Assembly: GCA_965216635.1 (NCBI GenBank)
Contig: OZ244188.1
Span: 1,760,001 to 1,824,000, forward strand
Length of the DNA stretch: 64,000 bases
Source of the DNA: a bacterium
GTDB taxonomy: Bacteria > SAR324 > XYD2-FULL-50-16 > G965216635
Direction of reading: 5' to 3'
The notes under the pieces are model-generated. The model had not been told where the DNA came from and did no database searches. It saw only the letters and a list, made by a program, of their open reading frames with translations. Numbering within the stretch: the stretch's first letter is position 1; each line of letters opens with the position of its first letter. Positions 9,271-18,116 of this stretch are shown one piece after another. A program made the position numbers and the translations under genes.

Positions 9271-11248
9271 TATTAGCTAGCTCCACTATTTTTTCTACCG
9301 TAATGCCGTAATATTCAAAAAGTTTATCTGCTGGGGCAGAGGCTCCAAAAGAATCCATACCGATAAATTTGCCTTGCTCTCCAAGGTACCTTTCCCAACC
9401 CTGTTTGATTCCAGCCTCTATGGCTATGCGTTTTTTAATACAAGAAGGAAAAACTGTTTCGCGATAAGCGGCAGGTTGTTTTTCAAAAAGCTCCCAACAG
9501 GGCATACTTACCACTCTTGTGGGGATGTTTTTTTTACACAGTATTTCTGCTGCTTCTATGGCTAGTTGTAATTCTGAACCTGTGGCTATGAGAATATATT
9601 CTGCATTGGGAGAATCAGAAAAAATATAGCCTCCTTTGGTGGCTTCTTTATTGTTTTTCAAAACGGGTAAATTTTGGCGACTGAGTATTAGGGCTACAGG
9701 AATTTTACTTTGTAGAGCTTCTAACCAAGTATATTTTGTTTCATTGGCGTCTGCGGGGCGAATTACCAATAAATTAGGGATAGCTCTCAAGGCGGCTAAA
9801 TGCTCTACTGGTTGATGGGTAGGACCGTCTTCACCTAGTCCTATGCTATCGTGAGAAAATACAAAAATAGAAGGATAGTGCGATAGGGCGGCTAGGCGAA
9901 TCGCAGGTCGCATATAGTCAGAGAAACAAAGAAAAGTGCCTCCGTAGGCTTTTACTAATTCACTTCTAGTGATGCCATTGATGACCCCAGCCATAGCGTG
10001 TTCTCTAATTCCATAATTGATATAACGGGCTTTGTAATCTGTTTTACAAAAAACATCGGCTCCTTGAAATTTTGTGTTATTGGAGCCAGTAAGATCTGCT
10101 GAACCTCCCAACACAAGAGGAAAATCAGGCATAAGGCTATCTAAAACCAAACCAGAGGCTGCTCTTGTAGAGATGTTTTTGCCTTCTTGGTAAAGCATGT
10201 CAAATTTTATGGCTTCTACACAGGATTGTAATTTTTGAAAATTTAGCGGGTTTTTGAAAAGTTGATATTTTTCAGGATTTTTTTTTTTGTATTCTGTTAA
10301 ATTATCTTGCCAGATTTTTTCTGCTTCTTTTTTTTTTCCTGCAATTTTTTGAAAATTTTCTGCTACTTGTTTAGGAATTTGAAATTTTTTTTCTGGATCT
10401 AGGTTTAGCTTTTTTTTTGTCAAAGCAAGTTCAGATTCTCCCAAAGGAGATCCGTGCGATTTCTCGCTACCTGCTTTATTAGGACTACCATAACCAATAC
10501 AGGTTTCTATGGATAAAAAGACAGGAGCATTTTTGATGTTTATTGCTTTTTGCAATCCAGAAAAAATGGCGTCTAGATCGTTGCCGTCTCCTTTGACTTC
10601 TATTGTTTCCCAGCCCTTAGATTGAAAAAATTGAATTTGATTATCATTCGTTGAGATAGCAGTAGACCCATCTATAGTGATATGATTGTTATCGTGTATC
10701 AACACTAGATTATCCAGACCGAGATGACTAGCCAAAGAGCAAGATTCGTGACTGATTCCTTCTTGAAGACAACCATCTCCTGCTAAAATAAAAACATTGT
10801 AGTCTATGATTTTATTTTCAGGGGTGTTAAAAAAAGCGGCAAGATATTTCTGAGCTATTGCTAAACCTACACCGTTAGCTATACCTTGTCCTAGAGGACC
10901 TGTTGTCACTTCTACGCCAGAAGTTAAACCAAATTCGGGGTGTCCTGCTGTTTTACTGCCTAATTGACGAAAATTTTTTATTTCTTCTAAGGTTAAATCA
11001 AATCCATAAAGATGCAGTAAGGAATAGAGCAACATACTGCCGTGCCCTGCAGATAAAATAAAACGATCGCGATTGAGCCAATCTGGTTTTTGGGGATTAA
11101 ACCTTAAAAAATGTTTCCATAAGACATAAGCCAAAGGGGCTGTGCCTAACGGCATACCTGGGTGTCCGCTATTGGCTTTTTCTACTGCATCTATGGAAAG
11201 TCCGCGTATGCAGTTTATAGATTCTAAATCTGTATTATTGAAGTTCAT
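9263..11248 (-). CDS. tkt: Transketolase
   Basis: SGHPGMPLG, RDRFILSAGH, GDGCLQEG, GEDGPTHQP. Confidence 0.98.
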   Translation of the reverse strand: MNFNNTDLESINCIRGLSIDAVEKANSGHPGMPLGTAPLAYVLWKHFLRFNPQKPDWLNRDRFILSAGHGSMLLYSLLHLYGFDLTLEEIKNFRQLGSKTAGHPEFGLTSGVEVTTGPLGQGIANGVGLAIAQKYLAAFFNTPENKIIDYNVFILAGDGCLQEGISHESCSLASHLGLDNLVLIHDNNHITIDGSTAISTNDNQIQFFQSKGWETIEVKGDGNDLDAIFSGLQKAINIKNAPVFLSIETCIGYGSPNKAGSEKSHGSPLGESELALTKKKLNLDPEKKFQIPKQVAENFQKIAGKKKEAEKIWQDNLTEYKKKNPEKYQLFKNPLNFQKLQSCVEAIKFDMLYQEGKNISTRAASGLVLDSLMPDFPLVLGGSADLTGSNNTKFQGADVFCKTDYKARYINYGIREHAMAGVINGITRSELVKAYGGTFLCFSDYMRPAIRLAALSHYPSIFVFSHDSIGLGEDGPTHQPVEHLAALRAIPNLLVIRPADANETKYTWLEALQSKIPVALILSRQNLPVLKNNKEATKGGYIFSDSPNAEYILIATGSELQLAIEAAEILCKKNIPTRVVSMPCWELFEKQPAAYRETVFPSCIKKRIAIEAGIKQGWERYLGEQGKFIGMDSFGASAPADKLFEYYGITVEKIVELANSE

Positions 11249-11286
11249 AGTGCTATAAGGTATATTTGTATAAATTAAAACTTATT

Positions 11287-11323
11287 GAGACTATTGAATT
11301 AGACATTCTAGTTCAATAGTCTC
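11287..11323. repeat. Near-perfect hairpin related to the palindromic element ends
   Basis: gagactattgaa-ttagacattctag-ttcaatagtctc; shares cattctagttca with 12077-12088. Confidence 0.6.
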
Positions 11324-11400
11324 TTATTGTATAAATTTTTACAAATAAATTTTTAAAAAAGTATTTTCTCGAGCTTACCAAAAAACCAGACAATAAAAAA

Positions 11401-12069
11401 ATGAGTTTCTTACAAAATATTTTTCCGCAATGGTGTTATGGTTGTAAGTGTTATCTAGAATCTTACAACGAAAGTGGGCTTTGTGTTTCGTGTAATCAAA
11501 AACTACCTTGGTGGAATCCAGACATTTGCGGCAACTGCTTAGAGCCCATTATCTACTGCTATCAATGTAAACAAAAAACGGCTATTTATCCTATTTTTAC
11601 TTATGAGAAACCTATTTCTTCTTGGCTGATTTCTTTGAAATATAATAAAAATTTTTATGCAGCTCGTTTATTACAAAAACTTATACGAATTTGGTTAAAA
11701 CAAAATCCTCATTTTTTAGAAAAATATGATTTTATAGTGCCTTTGCCAACTCATCCTTACAAATTTTTTTCCCGAGGATTTAACCCTGCAAGCTATCTTA
11801 TCAAAAATTTATTTACAAAAAAAAATTTCACCTCAGTAGCAGATAAAATTCGCTGGACAAAACCACAGACTTCTTTGCAATATTACCAGAGAATCAAAAT
11901 TTTAAACAAAAAAATATTCCAAGTATCTAAGGAGGTGAGGGGGAAAACAATACTGGTTTTTGACGATGTGGTGACTACAAAATCTTCTGCTTTAAATCTC
12001 GCAGGGCAAATAAAGAAAAAAAAGGCAAAAAAGGTAGATATACTATGTCTTGCTAGAGTTTTTAACTAA
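11401..12069 (+). CDS. comF: ComF family amidophosphoribosyltransferase-like protein
   Basis: N-terminal CxxC zinc ribbons, RGFN, LVFDDVVTT PRT motif. Confidence 0.88.
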   Translation: MSFLQNIFPQWCYGCKCYLESYNESGLCVSCNQKLPWWNPDICGNCLEPIIYCYQCKQKTAIYPIFTYEKPISSWLISLKYNKNFYAARLLQKLIRIWLKQNPHFLEKYDFIVPLPTHPYKFFSRGFNPASYLIKNLFTKKNFTSVADKIRWTKPQTSLQYYQRIKILNKKIFQVSKEVRGKTILVFDDVVTTKSSALNLAGQIKKKKAKKVDILCLARVFN

Positions 12070-12076
12070 AATTAGG

Positions 12077-12224
12077 CATTCTAGTTCAGCTATACTGCGT
12101 TGCTTAAGTTTTTTATTCCTCAAGATACTTTCGTGTCCCTGCGTCATAAAAAACTTTCACGCCTTGTCTAGCTTTCCTATAATGCTAAAGTTCAATAAGT
12201 CTTAAACATTCTAGTTCAGCTATA
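12077..12224. repeat. Palindromic element bracketed by an 18-bp direct repeat
   Basis: Core CTGCGTTG..TCAAGATA..CCCTGCG..CACGCCTTGTctagctttcctataatgc; cattctagttcagctata at 12077-12094 and 12207-12224. Confidence 0.75.
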
Positions 12225-12300
12225 GGGAATACGCCTTTTGCAAACGCTAAAGTGAAATTTTTCGGAGAATATTCTATTGGTGGACTCAAACTTTGAAGAT

Positions 12301-12412
12301 CGGCGGTGACCTACTCTCCCACACGGTTGCCCATGCAGTACCATTGGCGCTGAAGGCCTTAACTTCTGTGTTCGAAATGAGAACAGGTGTTTCCCCTTCG
12401 CTATGACCGCCG
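12301..12412 (-). rRNA. rrf: 5S rRNA, not in an rrn operon
   Basis: Reverse complement reads cggcggtcatagcg...tcgaacacagaagttaag...gatggtactgc-like segment...gggagagtaggtcaccgccg, with paired ends. Confidence 0.95.
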
Positions 12413-12420
12413 TTAATTGT

Positions 12421-12450
12421 AGTTTAACAAAAAAAATTTAAAAATGTCAA
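12421..12450 (-). promoter_or_regulatory. Sigma70-type promoter for the 5S rRNA
   Basis: TTGACA-18 nt-TAAACT ending 8 nt before the 5S 5' end. Confidence 0.65.
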
Positions 12451-12484
12451 ATCTTTTTTTAATTTTTTTTTAAAAACTCTAAAT

Positions 12485-13672
12485 TTAAGAATTTTCTGGT
12501 TTGTCACTAGCTATTTGCTCTGTATTTTGGGTAAAAATATTTGTTTCAGAAAGGTTTTTCTTGTTTTGGATACCCAATTCTTTAATTTTTTCTATTTTTC
12601 CTATAATATTGCCTTTTCCTTCTGATAAACGTTTATAAGCAGTATCATACGAATGTTGAGATTCACCCAATTTTTTTCCTACTTTTAAAAATTCTTCTCT
12701 AAAATCCACAAATTTATCGTACATTTGCCCTGCCGCTAGAGCAATTTTTTCTGCGTTTTTGCTTTGGTTTTCTAGTTTCCAGATATTATAGACAGTTTTG
12801 AGAGCAAGCATTAAAGTAGAAGGACTTACCAAGAGGATTTTTTGACGGAAAGCTGTTTGATAAAGGTTACTTTCTTTTTCTACGGCAAGGTAAAGAGCTG
12901 GCTCAATAGGAATAAACATGAGGGTAAATTCTAAAGACTTTATACTAGGAATATTATGATAACTTTTATTGCTTAAATCTTGAATATGTCTTTTGATGGA
13001 AGAAAGATGCGCTTTTAGAAAATTTTCTTTTTGTTGCTCGTCTGCAGTTTTTACAAAAGTTTCATAGGCTGTCAGCGATACTTTAGAATCAATAATAATT
13101 TGTCTATTTTGTGGCAAAAGAATCACCACGTCCGGTTTAACATTTTTACCTTCGTCGTCTTGAAACTGCTTGTTAAAAATATATTCTTTATTTTGAACCA
13201 ATCCAGATTGTTCTAGTATTCTTTCTAGGATTACTTCTCCCCAATTGCCTTGTATTTTAGAATCTCCTTTGAGTGCTTGGGTTAGATTTTTTGCATCCTG
13301 ACTGATTTCTAAATGTGCAGTCCTTAATAATTCTATTTCTTTTGTGAAGGATGCGCTCTTTGTAATAAAAGTATTTTGAAAATTTTGAATATTTTCTTTT
13401 AGGGGGGCAAGCAAACTGTCTAATTGTTGTTTGTTATGTTTTACTAAATTTTCGTCCTTTTCATTAAAAATTTTTTGGGCGAGGTTTTCAAACTTGGTTT
13501 CCATTAAATTCCCAAAATTTTTTTGCTTTTCTTGTTCCTCTAAAGAAGTTTCTAGTCTTACTTTTTCTAATTCTGTTTGTTTTAATTTTTTTTGAAGCGA
13601 TTGATTTTTCCACACCACCCAAACAAAAGCAGCAGAAATACAAAATAACAAAAAAATTTCAATAGTTGACAT
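12485..13672 (-). CDS. rmuC: DNA recombination protein RmuC
   Basis: N-terminal TM and coiled coil; QGNWGEVILERILE, KPDVVILLP, IIDSKVSL, MFIPIE. Confidence 0.95.
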   Translation of the reverse strand: MSTIEIFLLFCISAAFVWVVWKNQSLQKKLKQTELEKVRLETSLEEQEKQKNFGNLMETKFENLAQKIFNEKDENLVKHNKQQLDSLLAPLKENIQNFQNTFITKSASFTKEIELLRTAHLEISQDAKNLTQALKGDSKIQGNWGEVILERILEQSGLVQNKEYIFNKQFQDDEGKNVKPDVVILLPQNRQIIIDSKVSLTAYETFVKTADEQQKENFLKAHLSSIKRHIQDLSNKSYHNIPSIKSLEFTLMFIPIEPALYLAVEKESNLYQTAFRQKILLVSPSTLMLALKTVYNIWKLENQSKNAEKIALAAGQMYDKFVDFREEFLKVGKKLGESQHSYDTAYKRLSEGKGNIIGKIEKIKELGIQNKKNLSETNIFTQNTEQIASDKPENS

Positions 13673-13783
13673 TGTTTTTTAGAAATGAGGCTTTCTGTTT
13701 TTGACGGAAGGAGAGAAAATTTTATGTGTGTATTCATAGGCTTTTTTGGTAGGTTTTAATTTTTTTGTATCTTTCATTTTATA

Positions 13784-14029
13784 AAAATTTTTTTTTACTT
13801 GAAAAGAGATTTACCAATAACATACAAAAAGCCTAATGTATTTATTGTAGTAGTCCCAAACAATATAGACTTTTGAATTTGCGTTCTGTTTAGCCTATAC
13901 ATCGTTAAAAAAAAATTTTGTCCCTTGAAATACTTGAGTATTCCTGCGACCCAAAATTTTTTTTTACTTGAAAAGAGATTTACCAATAACATACAAAAAG
14001 CCTAATATATTTATTGTAGTAGTCCCAAA
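13784..14029. repeat. 77-bp direct repeat of the putative toxin 3' end, flanking a partial palindromic element
   Basis: 13784-13860 matches 13953-14029 with one mismatch; element TIR tagacttttgaatttgcgttctg at 13866. Confidence 0.9.
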
Positions 14030-14260
14030 TAACACACCAATTTGAATGCTTTCTATTCTCTCAAAATCATAAATCCATATAGGTAATAGTAATTGTGCAA
14101 TAGCAAAACAAATTAAAAAAACAATCCAAACGCCTACAAACCTTAAAGAAAAACGAAAAAATGATTCCCTTTGTTCATTAGCTTGATTTCCAAAATCCTT
14201 CTTAACCTTGTCTTTTTTTTGTTTTACAACCTCTTCTTTAAATAGTTGTGCTGAATTCAT
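13964..14260 (-). CDS. Small two-TM protein, putative toxin partner of the Panacea antitoxin
   Basis: Overlaps the end of the DUF4065 gene; two hydrophobic helices. Confidence 0.6.
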   Translation of the reverse strand: MNSAQLFKEEVVKQKKDKVKKDFGNQANEQRESFFRFSLRFVGVWIVFLICFAIAQLLLPIWIYDFERIESIQIGVLFGTTTINILGFLYVIGKSLFK

Positions 14261-14696
14261 TTTTTATATCGTCAAACTCCAGTTTGTTACTTTTATTTAG
14301 TTCGTATGCTGTGTGCCAAGCACCACTGTCTTTGTGCGTTTCTTCAACTAAAGCCCACACATCAAAATTGCCATATTTCATAACAATTTCATTTACTGAA
14401 TCATTGTTTTGAAAAGATGGAAAACTTTCATCTAAACTTTTCATTTGTTTTGAAATAGGGTCATCACCGAAGTTTTTATAATAACGATATACTTCTGGTA
14501 TCACAGGACCATGGCGCCACGCCTCAAATTCCAAGTATTCTAATTCATCTCCTCCATTTTTTAGATGCGCCCCATAACTTAAATACAAAAGTTTTTGTAG
14601 TTTAAGATTAGAAACAAATATACCTTTTTTCGAACATCCAGATAATATAGTATTAACTCTAGCATATAATAATATTTGCTTTTCTATATCATTCAT
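14238..14696 (-). CDS. Panacea domain (DUF4065/SocA/GepA) antitoxin
   Basis: SNLKLQKLLY, FEAWRHGPVIPEVY, LVEETH...W. Confidence 0.92.
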   Translation of the reverse strand: MNDIEKQILLYARVNTILSGCSKKGIFVSNLKLQKLLYLSYGAHLKNGGDELEYLEFEAWRHGPVIPEVYRYYKNFGDDPISKQMKSLDESFPSFQNNDSVNEIVMKYGNFDVWALVEETHKDSGAWHTAYELNKSNKLEFDDIKNEFSTTI

Positions 14697-14791
14697 TGTT
14701 TTTTTATTCTGTGAAGTTGTTTATAAGTTAGTCTTTTATTTTTAACATATTTTAAAATATTGTCAACCCTAGTCATTGATAGAATTTTGAG

Positions 14792-15811
14792 TCAAACCAG
14801 TTCGCAAAAAATATTTAATCTTCCTACTCCTCCATCTGGGAATATATTCAGTTTGATATAATTAAAGGCAGAATTATCCCTTTTTATTTCTTGAATGAAA
14901 ATTTTTCTTTCGTCTGCTTTTAATTTTGTTTGCGGGATAATGCTCTGCCAATTCTTCAGAGATAGAGCTTTTTCAGTAGGGATAGTGTCATCTTGTTTCA
15001 TACCTTCCAAAGAAAAACTATCAGGGAAATTTCCTTTAAAATAGGTAGTATCCAAAATAACTTTTCTAGGAATACCGCTAGCAGCTAAACGGATAATATT
15101 CCAATCTCCTCCTTTTTTTCTTCTGCTTCTTTTAGTCTCCCATCCGTCTCCCATATTGATAGGACGGCTCGGCATGAGAATATTTTTTTTATCGCCAAAA
15201 AACATATCGCTACAATCTATTGCACAGGCTCCATTTTCAGCAGCAGCCAAATCTACCAATTCACCTGCTACAAATTTTGTTTTATCTAGTTCTGCTATCC
15301 CATAAACCCTTAAACGAGCCAAGCCTCCATCGGGTAAAATATGAATACGGATATAATTGTATTTTTTATTATTTTTGATTTTGAAAAAATTATGACTACC
15401 AACATTTACTTTAGATTTTTTTAAAATTGGCTGCCAATCTTTTTCTGCAGGTATCCCATTGCTATAAGCTGCTTCTAAAGAAACTTCTTGTGGAGCATTA
15501 CCCAAAAAATGGCTTGTATCTGCGTCTATACCGTAAATTATTCCTGCTAAACCAAGTCGTAAAATACACCAATCGTGTCCTGTAGTTCTCTTTCTTCTAC
15601 TTTCCCATCCGTCCATCCATTTTCCTCTGTCGGTATACTCATCGGGCAAAAAAATCGCTGGTTTAGGTTTGATGAGATTTTCTTTTTCTGCAAAAAAATC
15701 ATCACTGGCTAAAAGAACACGGCACCCTAACCTGTAATCTGCAAGGTTGCTGTATTTATCAAAAGGAGTTGTTTCTGGTTTCAATTTAAGAGGCTTTTGG
15801 TTTTTTTTCAT
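14792..15811 (-). CDS. alc: Allantoicase
   Basis: Two repeats: DGWESRRKR..GHDW, DTSHFLGN, PDGGLARLRVYG; DGWETKR, DTTYFKGNFP. Confidence 0.95.
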   Translation of the reverse strand: MKKNQKPLKLKPETTPFDKYSNLADYRLGCRVLLASDDFFAEKENLIKPKPAIFLPDEYTDRGKWMDGWESRRKRTTGHDWCILRLGLAGIIYGIDADTSHFLGNAPQEVSLEAAYSNGIPAEKDWQPILKKSKVNVGSHNFFKIKNNKKYNYIRIHILPDGGLARLRVYGIAELDKTKFVAGELVDLAAAENGACAIDCSDMFFGDKKNILMPSRPINMGDGWETKRSRRKKGGDWNIIRLAASGIPRKVILDTTYFKGNFPDSFSLEGMKQDDTIPTEKALSLKNWQSIIPQTKLKADERKIFIQEIKRDNSAFNYIKLNIFPDGGVGRLNIFCELV

Positions 15812-16065
15812 TGTAAATAGTTTATGTATTTCCCTATCGCATCATCTAATATTCTTTTTATATCTCCATAAGTTGTTTTTTCCCAAGTCCTTACAATACT
15901 ATCACTTTCTGCTACTTTTTTTAAAATAATTTTAACATCTATTCCACACTCCACAAAAAGTGAGAGTTGTGTGTTTATCATTTTATGAATTAGTCAATTT
16001 TTAAAAAATTTAATAAAGTAAAGGGCTATGCGATCCTGCTAAAACCACTAGCTAGTTTTTACTAG

Positions 16066-16185
16066 CCAGTGGTAAATCCCGCGGTCAATCCAGTGGTAAA
16101 TCCAGTGGTCAATCCAGTGGTCAATCCAGTGGTCAATCCAGCGGTCAATCCAGCGGTCAATCCCGTGGTCAATCCCGCGGGCAAG
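16066..16185. repeat. Intergenic 12-bp tandem repeat, about 10 copies
   Basis: Consensus ccagtggtcaat with variants. Confidence 0.95.
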
Positions 16186-16202
16186 TCTGTTTTATTAAGA
16201 CC

Positions 16203-17627
16203 TTAGTCGTTATCTCCCTTCGGTAACACCAAACTCAAAACAATAGCAGTAATACCAGCGGTGGTAATTGCAGAACCAAAAATGGTCGCAATCAGTTTGC
16301 CCGCAGCACCTGCTTCTCTAACTACTTTTAGGACATCGGGAACTAAGGATATTCCTATACCTAGACCTAAGGAAACAGCGATAATAACGGCTTTGCGTTT
16401 GTCAATTTCTTGACTCGCTAAAATCCGAATACCAGCTGCTGCAATAGAACCAAATAAAACAATGGTAGCTCCTCCTAAAACTGGTTTAGGTAGTGTTTGC
16501 ATAATTCCACCAACAACTGGAAATAAACCCAAAATCACAAAAATAGCAGCTATAAAATAACCTACATAACGACTAGCTATACCTGTCATTTGAATTACAC
16601 CATTATTTTGGCTAAAGGTTGTATTAGGAAAAGTATTAAAAGTAGCAGCAATTAAAGAATTGACGCCATCTCCTAAAACACCACCTTTGATACGTTTAAT
16701 ATAAGTATCTCCTTCTACAGGCTCCCCTGATAGCATAGAAGTTGCTGTTAAATCTCCTGTGCTTTCAATCGCAGTAATCAAATAGATAAAAGCAATTGGT
16801 AAAAAAGCAGTAAAATCAAAGGCAAACCCGTATTTAAAGGGAATAGGAATAGCAAATAAATCTTGAGTGCCAAGTCTACTAAAATCTACCTCCCCTAAAA
16901 AAACAGCAATGATATAACCTACCAACATACCAATAAAAACAGAGGATATTTGTAAAGTCTTATTTTTCAAAAGAGTCAGCGCAAGAATAACTACGAGGAC
17001 AATTCCGCCTAAAGCAAGATTGGTAAAGCTACCAAAATTTTTCGAGCCAAATCCTCCTGCAAAATCTACAATTCCCACACGAATCAAAGACAAACCAATG
17101 ACAGTAATCACAATTCCAGTCACTGTCGGATTGATGATTTTTTTAAGGTGCGTAATAAATTGGCTGAGAATGATCTCTACAAAAGCACCTAAAAAACAAA
17201 CACCCACAATCAAAGCAAGTATTTCATCGGGACCTCCTCCTCTGCTTTTAGCAATAAATCCAGCAGCTAAAACAGAGCTTAAAAAAGCAAAGCTGGTTCC
17301 TTGCACACTTAATAAACCAGAGCCTATAGGACCTATTCTGCGAACTTGAATAAAGGTGGCTACACCAGAAACTATCAGTGCCATACTAATAAGATATGGT
17401 ATTTCTGAACCTAGCCCTAAAACACCTCCAATAATGAGTGTAGGGGTAATCACACCAACAAAACTAGCAAGTACATGCTGTATTGCTCCGAGCAAAGCCT
17501 TAAAAAAAGGAGGCTTATCTTCTAAGGAATAAATTATTCCTGTATTTTTTCCATTCATAATAATATTGATTAAGTTAATAAGATGACACCTTAGGCAACG
17601 CCAAGGTCTCAAAATAAGTGATTTCAC
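16203..17627 (-). CDS. NCS2 family xanthine/uric acid permease
   Basis: QH motif; NTFPNTTFSQNNGVIQMTGIASR NAT signature; true start probably near 17558. Confidence 0.93.
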   Translation of the reverse strand: MKSLILRPWRCLRCHLINLINIIMNGKNTGIIYSLEDKPPFFKALLGAIQHVLASFVGVITPTLIIGGVLGLGSEIPYLISMALIVSGVATFIQVRRIGPIGSGLLSVQGTSFAFLSSVLAAGFIAKSRGGGPDEILALIVGVCFLGAFVEIILSQFITHLKKIINPTVTGIVITVIGLSLIRVGIVDFAGGFGSKNFGSFTNLALGGIVLVVILALTLLKNKTLQISSVFIGMLVGYIIAVFLGEVDFSRLGTQDLFAIPIPFKYGFAFDFTAFLPIAFIYLITAIESTGDLTATSMLSGEPVEGDTYIKRIKGGVLGDGVNSLIAATFNTFPNTTFSQNNGVIQMTGIASRYVGYFIAAIFVILGLFPVVGGIMQTLPKPVLGGATIVLFGSIAAAGIRILASQEIDKRKAVIIAVSLGLGIGISLVPDVLKVVREAGAAGKLIATIFGSAITTAGITAIVLSLVLPKGDND

Positions 17628-18031
17628 TTACAAGTGAAAAAATACACAAGATAGAATTATTTTGCAAGGAGTGATTTGATTGTAAATTAAGAAAATTTTT
17701 GATTTCCAGAACAATTTCAAAGGTCTATGTAAATTCAAAAGTCTATGCAATAAAAAACTATCTGCTAAACTACCAGTTTTTGAGGGAAGTAGCTTATTTT
17801 CTGGTCGTTTTTTAAATTTGAAGTAAAATTTTTGGTGTTTTTTATTAAAATAAAATTCTTTTTTTAAAAATAAGGGTTGTTTTTTAAATAAGAATAGTTC
17901 ACACTTTGCCAGTAGTAAGTTTGTTGTTGGGAGTTCTTATAGCATTTTAGAAAAAATCCCCCCCAAAATAAACCAAAAACAACCAAAAACAACCAAAAAC
18001 AAGCAAAAACAAGTAAACTAAAAAAAGAAAT

Positions 18032-18060
18032 TTGACTATTTTTAGTTTTTTAATTATCCT
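18032..18060 (+). promoter_or_regulatory. Putative sigma70 promoter of the outer-membrane protein pair
   Basis: TTGACT-17 nt-TATCCT. Confidence 0.4.
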
Positions 18061-18116
18061 TTATAAAGTTTTATAAAAATAAAACTAAAAACTCTAAAAT
18101 TAACTATAAAAAGACT

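Noticed and set aside
13795..13992. 65-aa ORF as a real gene
   Set aside because: Chimera of repeat element and duplicated toxin 3' end
17580..17640. Purine/xanthine riboswitch in the permease leader
   Set aside because: A hairpin is present but no recognisable riboswitch consensus; would need an Rfam search
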